54,605 bases of DNA, from positions 1-54,605 of the IMG/VR virus record IMGVR_UViG_3300037114_000023; one strand, given 5' to 3'. Source of the stretch: a virus. Lineage: Duplodnaviria; Caudoviricetes. A program made the position numbers and the translations under genes. Positions within the stretch are counted from its first letter, which is position 1; each line of letters begins with the position of its first letter. Shown piece by piece: positions 1 through 7,794 of this stretch. The notes under the pieces were generated by a model, which did no database searches, was not told the origin of the DNA, and worked only from the letters and a program-made list of their open reading frames with translations.

Positions 1-118
1 CGCGCTCGACGGCAAATTTGAACATGCTCTCAATGTTCATGGTTGGCGCTTCTGGCCGACCAACCGGCAGCGGCTCGGGGTGGACGAGTTCCAAATCTTT
101 TGTGTTATCTTTACTCAT
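1..118 (-). CDS. Partial phage protein running off the left edge, possibly the N-terminus of an ERF-like annealing protein
   Basis: ATG at 118, MSKDNTKDLELVHPEPLP...MFKFAVER open to the edge; family is a guess. Confidence 0.45.
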   Translation of the reverse strand, partial: MSKDNTKDLELVHPEPLPVGRPEAPTMNIESMFKFAVER

Positions 119-122
119 AATT

Positions 123-389
123 TTAGTCGCTTGGCGGTTCGGGCGGTTCTTCCGCAATTTCGAGACATTCCAGTTCAATCGCCTCAAGGGTCATTTTCGG
201 CAGCTCGTCCCGAACATTGCCACCCTCAACGGTGATGCTGTTAATTTCAACGTGAGCCGGTTCGTCCGGCTCCAGCGCAGGTCCGGCACCGCGAACGCCG
301 CAGCACGAATCCCGCGCACCGCGGCAGGCGGGGTGATAGGTGTAATCCACTGTTGCCTCAACTTCGATTGTGATTTTTGTTTGGCTCAC
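123..389 (-). CDS. Hypothetical phage protein
   Basis: 88-aa ORF tightly packed in the minus-strand operon. Confidence 0.7.
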   Translation of the reverse strand: MSQTKITIEVEATVDYTYHPACRGARDSCCGVRGAGPALEPDEPAHVEINSITVEGGNVRDELPKMTLEAIELECLEIAEEPPEPPSD

Positions 390-463
390 GGCTTTGTCGG
401 GGAAAAAATTATATACGCCAGCGTAAACAGGCCGATGAGGATGAATGCGACAATGACGATCAT
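386..463 (-). CDS. Small single-TM peptide
   Basis: MIVIVAFILIGLFTLAYIIFSPTKP with ATGA overlaps at both ends. Confidence 0.55.
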   Translation of the reverse strand: MIVIVAFILIGLFTLAYIIFSPTKP

Positions 464-837
464 AACGCTCGGATAATTATTTCGGTTCTTTCCTCGGCTT
501 CCGTGTGTACTTTTTCGGACTTGACCCCACCAGAAAGAGTTGCCCATCCGTCGTCCGGAAGGAGTCCAGCTTTGACACACCAATCTTGCAGGCGTTTAAT
601 ATCCCAGCCGTCCCAGTCACAGGGTTGACAAGCAAATACTGTGAAAGAGATTTCAAACTTTCTCGCAGAGCCATACCATCGCGCTTCTTCTCCCGAAGAA
701 GCACCGTCCAGTGACATCCGTTCAACTGGTTTCTGGTTGACGGCGTGTAACCCGCCAGAACCAGCCGCATTTCTTTTGGCGGTGTCGGCGGAGACTGGGA
801 ACTTTCGTTTGATGAGTTCAAGGTCGCCTGGTTTCAC
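460..837 (-). CDS. RusA-like Holliday junction resolvase (catalytic C-terminal part)
   Basis: DWDGWDIKRLQDWCVKAGLLPDD resembles the RusA DxDxxxKxxxDxxxxxGxxxDD motif; GTG start at 837 overlaps the upstream stop. Confidence 0.6.
   Translation of the reverse strand: MKPGDLELIKRKFPVSADTAKRNAAGSGGLHAVNQKPVERMSLDGASSGEEARWYGSARKFEISFTVFACQPCDWDGWDIKRLQDWCVKAGLLPDDGWATLSGGVKSEKVHTEAEERTEIIIRAL
477..821 (-). CDS. Overlapping-frame ORF with a RusA-like N-terminal motif
   Basis: MRLVLAGYTPSTRNQLNGCHW...REKKR resembles the PSxNxxxxxHW start of RusA-family proteins. Confidence 0.4.
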   Translation of the reverse strand: MNSSNESSQSPPTPPKEMRLVLAGYTPSTRNQLNGCHWTVLLREKKRDGMALRESLKSLSQYLLVNPVTGTAGILNACKIGVSKLDSFRTTDGQLFLVGSSPKKYTRKPRKEPK

Positions 838-977
838 GTTTGTTTGCTCCGCTGGGAGAACTGCCGGCAAATCCAGCAGAGCGCCAGCGCGCCAAGATAG
901 ACGGCGAACAGCGCGATGAAAAACACGCTGTCAATCAGGCTGGTTGAACGCCAGTTGTTTATTGGTCTGGATTTCAT
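834..977 (-). CDS. Small membrane protein (47 aa, not in the ORF track)
   Basis: MKSRPINNWRSTSLIDSVFFIALFAVYLGALALCWICRQFSQRSKQT, coupled to both neighbours. Confidence 0.6.
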   Translation of the reverse strand: MKSRPINNWRSTSLIDSVFFIALFAVYLGALALCWICRQFSQRSKQT

Positions 978-1186
978 TTGCTCCGCCTCTTTTTGGCGAG
1001 AACGCCACGCAGGTCATTTGCCACTCTGCCACTGGAACCAACCTTGATGGCCTCATCCTGATTCAACGCGAGAAGCAATCCGTTTTTCACCAGTTGATTC
1101 AGGCTTATGCGGCGGCGCGCGGCGGCGTTTTTGCACTTTAGCCAGAAACCTTCCTCAAGGCAGATGTTGGTGTTTACGTTGCTCAT
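974..1186 (-). CDS. Ribbon-helix-helix (Arc/CopG/HicB-like) DNA-binding protein
   Basis: TNICLEEGFWLKCKNAAARRRISLNQLV pattern; first gene of the leftward operon. Confidence 0.6.
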   Translation of the reverse strand: MSNVNTNICLEEGFWLKCKNAAARRRISLNQLVKNGLLLALNQDEAIKVGSSGRVANDLRGVLAKKRRSK

Positions 1187-1272
1187 GCAGATGCACCATT
1201 GCACACTCGCACAAAAAGAATCAAGAAAAACTTTCAACTATTTTTACCGCCAGCGACCACCGCTCACGTCGG

Positions 1273-1297
1273 TATCGTTAACGTCCAATAAATTACC
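1273..1297. repeat. 25-bp imperfect direct repeat, copy 1 (copy 2 at 4419-4443)
   Basis: TATCGTTAACGTCCAATAAATTACC vs TACCGTTAAAGTCCAATGAATTACC, 22/25 identical. Confidence 0.8.
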
Positions 1298-1382
1298 CTT
1301 GCGCCGACTGATACACTGTAGTAGATGTTTCACCAATGGCCCGTGCGTCCGGTTTTGGCCGCACTAAAAATAAGGCAAAAAT

Positions 1383-2045
1383 ATGTCGAAACGCGGTAAT
1401 CTTACAAATTCAGGGGCATTGAGCCTCCAATCCCTCCGGTTCGTTTCATTCTCCCAAGCGGCAACTGGATCGTTCGTCAGCTTGGGAGCGAACTTCACCC
1501 CGGTAAACATCACCGTGCTACAGGACAACGGCACGGGGAAATACGGAGGGTTTTACTATCAATTCGACGTTGCCTCCGCCGTGTTGCCGGAATGGGTTCA
1601 GCCCGGCGTGGGCTTGAAGATTGTGGCCAGTGTGACGATAAGCGGGACAAGTTACGATGTCTCCGGTTACTACATCGTGGACGCACTCGACCCCAGCGGT
1701 CATTATTTTCAAGTCCGAAATCCGTCGGGAAGGAATAACGCGGCGTCGTTTACGCAAACGCTCGTTCAGACCGCTCTGGACAGTGGCAGCGGCGCGGAAG
1801 GAACGCCGCTCGTGAGCCTCATCACCCAGTTTCAAAAGGCGATGTTTCAAGCGTCGGCTGGAACCGTGTTGCTGGCTCCGTCCGTGGACGCCAGTGGAAA
1901 CGCGCCGTACTCGATTTCACTGACGCCCCTAAGTGGCAGCGGGGCGGAATACGAAATCACCGCACCGTGGGGCGCGAAGTTCGATTTGGCAGATTGGTCC
2001 ATCAAAGAAAGTGGCTCCGGCACTTTGACTGTGAGGTTTGCGTGA
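1383..2045 (+). CDS. Putative virion structural protein (beta-rich)
   Basis: 220 aa, G/S/T rich, first gene of the rightward operon. Confidence 0.55.
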   Translation: MSKRGNLTNSGALSLQSLRFVSFSQAATGSFVSLGANFTPVNITVLQDNGTGKYGGFYYQFDVASAVLPEWVQPGVGLKIVASVTISGTSYDVSGYYIVDALDPSGHYFQVRNPSGRNNAASFTQTLVQTALDSGSGAEGTPLVSLITQFQKAMFQASAGTVLLAPSVDASGNAPYSISLTPLSGSGAEYEITAPWGAKFDLADWSIKESGSGTLTVRFA

Positions 2046-3403
2046 AAAACTTTTTTCTCATTGCTGCGTTCTGGATTCTGGCGTTCTCCGCGTTCGGGGA
2101 TGGATTTCAACCGGCTCCGAATGGCGGCGGCGGAAGCGGAAGCCAGACGCCGCTCACAGCCAACGTGAACGGCGCGGGTTATTCGATTACGAACGCCTCG
2201 TTTTCCGGGAATGGTGGAGGATTAACCAATTTCCCCGCCAACTCGGGCAGTTTTGGGACATTGAGTCCGGACAGCACAGGGACGAATTTTACGGTCAACT
2301 TGAGCGGACCGGTAAGCAAGGCGTATATTTGGGCGACGAACAACGTGGATCTCTACCCGACTAACGGGCCGGGGAGTGAGACGATCTACATTCTGGACAA
2401 CGGGACGACGAACCATGTTTTGTTCTTGGCAACCAACCTGAATTGGGTGGTGCCCAGCTTTTTCTCCGTGATGGTAGGGACGAACTACACGTTTATACTG
2501 ACTAATGGCGTGCTGGCCGAGATCACGTTTGAGACAATTACCAACGCGGCAAATCCGGCGTGGACGAATTATCAGGCGTCAATCACCATCAATGGATATT
2601 CGCCTGGCGGTACGCTTCCCCCTACCAATAGCCTCGCCTACACCATCCAGCTTAACGCGCTCAGCAACGCCATCCCCGCCGCGAACCTGAGCGGCATTGT
2701 GCCGTCGAATAATCTCGGTGGGTTACTGCCAATGTTGGAGAACACCAACGGCGGCGGACTGACCGGCATCCATCTTGGAGCCCTGGTAACGAACGGGATC
2801 ACTTCCGGAACGGTCGGCCAATTTTTAATGCTCACTAATACCGGGACCGGTTTCGCCTGGGGCACGCCGGCCGGAGGCGGGGGCGGATCCGGCACGGTTA
2901 CGAGTGTGTCCGGGCCGTCCGGATTCCTGACCTGGGCCAACTCGACCACCGCAGCGGCCGCCACGCTGAACAGCCAGCCGGCGGGATCCATCTTCGGCAA
3001 TGGCGGAGGCAGCTCCGCCGCGCCAGCCCCATCGACCAATGGCACCTACACTGCGAACACAGTTAATGTTCAGCAGTTGAACGCGAACGGCGCCAGTATT
3101 ACCGCAGGTTTAATAACGGGAGTTTTAACCTCTTCAGGAAACGCCAACCTTAACGATACGAAGATTGCGAATGGCTCCATCACGGAACTGAACAATAATG
3201 GTTATGATCTGGAGCCCGATGGAAATTCCGCATTCACCTCGAGTGTCACCACTCCGTGGATTGTTTACACCAGCACCACCACCACACCCACCGGGGCACA
3301 AATCGGCGCGGGCAACGCCATCGCCTGGGTAAGTAACGCCGTTTTTTACGTCTCGGTTTCCACCGATGGATCCACCGTCAATACCAAGCTTCTCGCGCCA
3401 TGA
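2042..3403 (+). CDS. Signal-peptide-bearing Thr/Asn/Gly-rich fibre-like protein
   Basis: GTG start coupled to upstream stop; MKNFFLIAAFWILAFSAFG signal; GGGGSGTVTSV fibre linker motif. Confidence 0.7.
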   Translation: MKNFFLIAAFWILAFSAFGDGFQPAPNGGGGSGSQTPLTANVNGAGYSITNASFSGNGGGLTNFPANSGSFGTLSPDSTGTNFTVNLSGPVSKAYIWATNNVDLYPTNGPGSETIYILDNGTTNHVLFLATNLNWVVPSFFSVMVGTNYTFILTNGVLAEITFETITNAANPAWTNYQASITINGYSPGGTLPPTNSLAYTIQLNALSNAIPAANLSGIVPSNNLGGLLPMLENTNGGGLTGIHLGALVTNGITSGTVGQFLMLTNTGTGFAWGTPAGGGGGSGTVTSVSGPSGFLTWANSTTAAAATLNSQPAGSIFGNGGGSSAAPAPSTNGTYTANTVNVQQLNANGASITAGLITGVLTSSGNANLNDTKIANGSITELNNNGYDLEPDGNSAFTSSVTTPWIVYTSTTTTPTGAQIGAGNAIAWVSNAVFYVSVSTDGSTVNTKLLAP

Positions 3404-3772
3404 CCGACCAGCCGCATCCAGCAATCAATGCCCTGATCGGCGCGGCCGGAGGCGGCGTCTCGATCATCGCGGATTATTTCACCTGGCTGGACCCGGCGAT
3501 CCGCGCCATCAGTTTTTACGGCGGCAGAATTAGGCTGGACGTGGACGGCACGCTTAACATGGCGGTTGCTGGAACGGTTCAAGTTGTGTTCACCAACATC
3601 ACAACCGGCGAGGGGCATATAGTTTCCGGCAGAACGCATTACAAACGCAGGAACGACTTACTTTTCAGACGAAAGATTTTTGTCACCCAATGACATAATC
3701 CAATATTACAGCACAGCGACCGGCTCAGCTACGGCATCAATAACCAAGACGATTGTGACGGCGATTCAATAG
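3400..3772 (+). pseudogene. Chimeric holin-like start fused to a frameshifted fibre C-terminal remnant
   Basis: Hydrophobic first 42 aa, then a beta-rich segment that continues in the +1 frame (3629-3772, AERITNAGTTYFSDERFLSPNDIIQYY...TAIQ*). Confidence 0.4.
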
Positions 3773-3784
3773 CGCAATGATTTT

Positions 3785-4102
3785 ATGCCTCAATTAAATC
3801 CAGACGAACTGCCGGAACATTTGCTGGCTGGCAAGACGCCGGAAATGCAGTGGCTTTTGCGTTCTGCTTTCGAGCATACGAATCAGAATAAAAACATATT
3901 GACGCGCCTTAACGAGATGAACACGCGGCAGGAGGAACATGCAACCAAGCTGGCGGAGATTGACAAATTGCGTCAGAAATTCAGCGGCGGAAAACTCGTG
4001 CTCGGATTGATTGTCAGCTTCATCGGCGGTGTTCTCATTGTGCCGCTGATGTGCGCGTTCTTTTTATCTTGGGTTGAACACTGGCAATTCTGGAAGAAAT
4101 AA
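3785..4102 (+). CDS. Membrane protein, coiled coil plus C-terminal TM (holin-like)
   Basis: LVLGLIVSFIGGVLIVPLMCAFFL TM followed by WKK. Confidence 0.6.
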   Translation: MPQLNPDELPEHLLAGKTPEMQWLLRSAFEHTNQNKNILTRLNEMNTRQEEHATKLAEIDKLRQKFSGGKLVLGLIVSFIGGVLIVPLMCAFFLSWVEHWQFWKK

Positions 4103-4127
4103 TTTGCGGTAAACAAAAAGTAAATCT

Positions 4128-4310
4128 ATGAACATTCACTTAATTCTTATCGGCGTTGCCCTCGGCCTCGCCATACTTTCAATTATAAAACCCTCATGGC
4201 CATGTTTGGCTGTAGCCGTGATTCTCATCGCGGCTGACTTAAAGTGCGAGGGATGGAAAGGGGGAGGAAGAAGCAAAGGCAAGCTGCGAGTCAGGGCTAA
4301 AAGCCCATAG
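4128..4310 (+). CDS. Small 2-TM membrane protein, C-terminus possibly disrupted
   Basis: Two hydrophobic helices, then an abrupt basic tail encoded by purine-rich DNA. Confidence 0.5.
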   Translation: MNIHLILIGVALGLAILSIIKPSWPCLAVAVILIAADLKCEGWKGGGRSKGKLRVRAKSP

Positions 4311-4405
4311 GACAACCGTCAAAGAGAAAGAAACGACCAAAAGAAAGAGGGGATTATTAAGGGGAGATTTCAGAAATTGCGTCAACGCCTATTTTTGGCC
4401 TTACT

Positions 4406-4464
4406 TTATCGTTAAAGTTACCGTTAAAGTCCAATGAATTACCAATTTTTGTCTTTAACGATAA
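4406..4464. promoter_or_regulatory. Cluster of 12-bp sites, two tandem and one inverted
   Basis: TTATCGTTAAAG 4406-4417, TTACCGTTAAAG 4418-4429, inverted CTTTAACGATAA 4453-4464. Confidence 0.6.
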
Positions 4465-4512
4465 CGCAGATTTTTTGCTTGAAATGATGGCTTTGCTGCA
4501 TACCCTCCGTTT

Positions 4513-4881
4513 ATGGGAATAAAATATATCAAGCTCCTTTGGCGGATTGCCTTCGTGCGCCTAGCCCTTTACGTCCTTGTGACCGTTGGGACGGCTTTTA
4601 GCATCGCAACCTACAATGTCGGCTTCTTCTCGATGAACGGCGAGCAGCACCTTGCGCTGGCTGTTTCGCTCGCCATCCTGGCGGCGAAGGACATTATCTC
4701 TTTCCTTGATTCATCGGCCAAGCGAATTGAGGCGGGGAACTATCTGCCGCCTGACCCGCCTGAGACGCAGGAGCAGAAGGCGCAAATTCAGGCACAGAAA
4801 CCGCTTGACGCTGGCCCGATTGTCGTCGTAAATTCCCAAACCGAAGCACCTAAACCCGCTGAAACAGTTAAACCATTATGA
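4513..4881 (+). CDS. Putative holin (2 TM)
   Basis: Two TM segments and a charged Pro-rich tail, in the lysis-like cluster. Confidence 0.55.
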   Translation: MGIKYIKLLWRIAFVRLALYVLVTVGTAFSIATYNVGFFSMNGEQHLALAVSLAILAAKDIISFLDSSAKRIEAGNYLPPDPPETQEQKAQIQAQKPLDAGPIVVVNSQTEAPKPAETVKPL

Positions 4882-5489
4882 AAAGAATCATCCTCGCTCT
4901 AACCATCCTCGCCACGGCTTTCGCAGCGACGGCGCAGACGAATATTCCTCCGGCCAACACAAATTTGTCAGTCGGCCAAAATCTGTCGCTGGCCCTGCAA
5001 ACTCTCGTCTCATCCACGAACATGCTTTGGGAAGCTCATGCGACCTACACACCCAGCCTCGCGCAGCATGTTGGCGGTGGCGTCGGTGGTTATTACCTTC
5101 TCAGCCAGACCGGCAGCGGCACGGTTACGCTGGACACTTACACCGGCCTCCGTATTGATTGGGTTGACGGAGGATTCTGGATGCCGCAAGGGAACGTCGG
5201 ATTGCAGACGCCGATTACCGTATTTAGCAATCTCGTCGTGACACCTTTCACTTACGCTGGAATCGGCGTCCCGCTCTCTGGCGCGTCCATCGGCGGCATT
5301 TCTATTGGCGGCAGCGTCAAGGACAACGACGGACAGGCAACGGCCATCATCGGCGCGGGCGGCGCAATCTCGTTCCTGTCGCTGGACAAAGGAAAATGGA
5401 ACGCTGGTATTCTTGCGGACGTTGAAAAATGGAGCGGATTTTCCGGCAATCAATTTCGATTTGGATTGTTCGCTCGAAAGAATTTTTAA
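4878..5489 (+). CDS. Putative 8-stranded outer-membrane beta-barrel protein
   Basis: Signal MKRIILALTILATAFAATA; about 8 amphipathic strands; C-terminal FRFGLFARKNF. Confidence 0.65.
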   Translation: MKRIILALTILATAFAATAQTNIPPANTNLSVGQNLSLALQTLVSSTNMLWEAHATYTPSLAQHVGGGVGGYYLLSQTGSGTVTLDTYTGLRIDWVDGGFWMPQGNVGLQTPITVFSNLVVTPFTYAGIGVPLSGASIGGISIGGSVKDNDGQATAIIGAGGAISFLSLDKGKWNAGILADVEKWSGFSGNQFRFGLFARKNF

Positions 5490-5738
5490 CCAGTCGGCGT
5501 CGGCTCATTTTCTACCTAGTAGGAGAGCCGCCGGTGGCGGAAGCGATATGAATTTATCAACGCCTCAAAGCAGTAGCGGAATCAGCCAGAGCAGGCCATT
5601 TCCTGCGCGGCCCGTGAAGATACGGCAAGTGCGAGGCATATAACACAATGAGCGTAGCGGGCGGCTGCGTCAAAGGTTCGGAAAAGAACAAAACGGGTGC
5701 ATGGCCCGACCGCCCTCGATTTAATCACGCCGCTGGTT
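5488..5738 (+). ncRNA. Candidate multi-branched structured RNA (~250 nt)
   Basis: Basal stem AACCAG(T)CGGCGT/ACGCCGCTGGTT encloses at least 7 nested helices; strand assumed from the operon. Confidence 0.55.
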
Positions 5739-5748
5739 TTTAGAGTTT

Positions 5749-5856
5749 ATGATTCTTTTTTTAATGGTTCTCGCCTTCGCAGTCGGGCATCTTGCCGGAT
5801 ATATTCGAGGTTTGAAACACGGCCACAATGATGCAAACGGAAGAAACTTTCCATGA
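5749..5856 (+). CDS. Small membrane peptide (35 aa)
   Basis: MILFLMVLAFAVGHLAGYIRGLKHG..., ATGA-coupled to the next gene. Confidence 0.55.
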   Translation: MILFLMVLAFAVGHLAGYIRGLKHGHNDANGRNFP

Positions 5857-6362
5857 CCACAGACCGTCCAGACCTGCGAGTAGGAGATATTTGCACCTAC
5901 GCTTCTCAAGGTGATTTGGTTGACCGGCTGATAGCTTTAAAGACGTGGGATTATGTCGTTCACACGGAAACTTATATCGGCTCTGATTTCTCCGTGGCTT
6001 CGCGCAACTTCATTGGGATTAACAAATATCCCGTTCGTTGGAATAATCTCTATCGCGTTTATCGTCCGGTTGTCCCGTTTGATTTGGACAAGGCGATGTA
6101 TCGGTTTGAAAGGGAATGGCGCGGTCAGAAGTATGATTTGCTCGGCGTTTGCCTCGGCTTCGAGTTCGCTGAATGGCAGGCAAATCCATTCAGGCAATGG
6201 TGCAGCGAGTTCACAACTAATTTTGCGCGGGAAGGCGGCTGCATGATATTCCAGCCTGAAACCGTTGCTGACAGAGTTGCTCCGGCCTCGCTCCGCTATA
6301 CCAGCGAGAAGGATTTGAAAATCGTTTTTCAAAGCAGCAGCAAGAAAGGATTGCAACCATGA
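5853..6362 (+). CDS. Permuted papain-like NlpC/P60 amidase (YiiX/YaeF, peptidase C92-like)
   Basis: LRVGDI...H (VVHTE)...GQKYD...WCSE, with His before Cys. Confidence 0.75.
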   Translation: MTTDRPDLRVGDICTYASQGDLVDRLIALKTWDYVVHTETYIGSDFSVASRNFIGINKYPVRWNNLYRVYRPVVPFDLDKAMYRFEREWRGQKYDLLGVCLGFEFAEWQANPFRQWCSEFTTNFAREGGCMIFQPETVADRVAPASLRYTSEKDLKIVFQSSSKKGLQP

Positions 6363-6826
6363 AACAACCCTCCCCTCTCATCGTCTCCATAATCTTCGCC
6401 ATAATCCTCGTCTTTCTGGCTTGTCATGTGAAGGGGCAGCCATCCGCACCGCCGGTCAAAGGCACTGCCGCTTGGAACGAGAGCATTTATCAGATGGGAA
6501 GGAAAACAGCGATGGCAGCAACACCAACCCCTGACGTTCTGATTGTCGTTGTGCCGAAGGTGACTAACTCCTGCACGCTTCTGGTGACGAACAACACGGT
6601 GACGATCACGAATTATCAGTCCTACGTGGACGGCAAGCTCGTTTCAAACTTTTGGACATACACTTTTGCCCCTCCATTTAACTATTTCTGGTCAAGTAAC
6701 TCTGCTGGCCCATATTCCAACGCTGGATTTGTCATGCAGGGAAACACAAACCCGATGGAAACATTTCAGTTTGTGAACGGCAAAAGGTTCTTCTACGCGA
6801 AACTGGCGGGGAACGTGACGAATTGA
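6359..6826 (+). CDS. Secreted or membrane-anchored Thr/Asn-rich protein
   Basis: N-terminal hydrophobic helix, beta-rich C-terminus. Confidence 0.6.
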   Translation: MKQPSPLIVSIIFAIILVFLACHVKGQPSAPPVKGTAAWNESIYQMGRKTAMAATPTPDVLIVVVPKVTNSCTLLVTNNTVTITNYQSYVDGKLVSNFWTYTFAPPFNYFWSSNSAGPYSNAGFVMQGNTNPMETFQFVNGKRFFYAKLAGNVTN

Positions 6827-7080
6827 TGGACGACTTCAAGAGCATTGACGACGTGCGGGCGGAAATGTGGCGGCGTAGGGAGTTGCGGGATAAGCCTAAG
6901 AACATCGTCCCGCTTCCCACAAGGTTGCATCAAGTGAGCGATGATGAGTTGGTGAAGTTGTTGGAGAACGAAAATCAGGAGCAAATCGGTAAAAGGTTTG
7001 GCGTTACTCAAGCGGCCGTGTCTCTCAGCCTTCGGCGGCGCGGGCTGAAACTGGTGGCGTTGCGGCGGAAGTATGGATGA
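6826..7080 (+). CDS. HTH DNA-binding protein
   Basis: NQEQIGKRFGVTQAAVSLSLRRRG. Confidence 0.7.
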   Translation: MDDFKSIDDVRAEMWRRRELRDKPKNIVPLPTRLHQVSDDELVKLLENENQEQIGKRFGVTQAAVSLSLRRRGLKLVALRRKYG

Positions 7081-7118
7081 CCGGATGGCTTTTGACGCCG
7101 CTCCATAAGCCATGCCGC

Positions 7119-7147
7119 TTGTAAATATTTAAGACCGGAAATATGGT
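7119..7147 (+). promoter_or_regulatory. Sigma70-like promoter, probably leaderless
   Basis: TTGTAA-N17-TATGGT, with the ATG 5 nt after the -10 box. Confidence 0.45.
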
Positions 7148-7152
7148 GGGGC

Positions 7153-7794
7153 ATGTCCGAGATAACATCACTCTCAATAAACAAGGCGCTTTTGGATGCC
7201 GAAGGAAACTTCGACATCGCCGCGGCTTCCCTGGATTTGACGGTTGAGAGGCTGCGTGACCGGGTGAAGGAAGATGCCGCGCTCAATACCAGATGGCTGG
7301 CAAATGCCGCAGCGCCGCCCAGCACAGCCATCCTGAACCGGGAGTCTGACCCCGCGATCATCGAGGCTTTGCAGCGGGAGGAATCGAAGATAAAATCTGG
7401 ATTGGAAAAGATGGGGCTTACCCAAAACCAGACCGGTGTGGCCGTGGCCTGCATGGGGTTTTACAAACAGCACTTCGCCTCCCTGCTGAACCTTACCGGC
7501 GGCGGACTGGCCAAAACTGTGGTTGAGGCGCTGGAGTCTGTTTCGGAGATGGGCAGGGAAATCAAGGAGATTGGGAAGCCTACGCTCCCGCAAGACCTGG
7601 AATATCTCAAGGCGTTGCTCCGCGCGCGTTCCGATTTGCAGGATTACATCCTCCGGGCCTCGACGATGGTGAACCAAAGCCTGCTGATTCTTGCCAAGGT
7701 GCAAAACATTTCCGGTGCCGGCAGGAGAGCCGCCGGACCAGGGCGCCCCGGATTTGACAGCGTGAGGCGGGCGGATGTCACTGAAACAGAATGA
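7153..7794 (+). CDS. Probable terminase small subunit
   Basis: N-terminal HTH-like GNFDIAAASLDLT; helical; ATGA-coupled to TerL. Confidence 0.6.
   Translation: MSEITSLSINKALLDAEGNFDIAAASLDLTVERLRDRVKEDAALNTRWLANAAAPPSTAILNRESDPAIIEALQREESKIKSGLEKMGLTQNQTGVAVACMGFYKQHFASLLNLTGGGLAKTVVEALESVSEMGREIKEIGKPTLPQDLEYLKALLRARSDLQDYILRASTMVNQSLLILAKVQNISGAGRRAAGPGRPGFDSVRRADVTETE

Noticed and set aside
5548-5743. Two 31-codon ORFs in the intergenic gap
   Set aside because: No protein-like features; the extensive nested pairing is better explained by RNA structure
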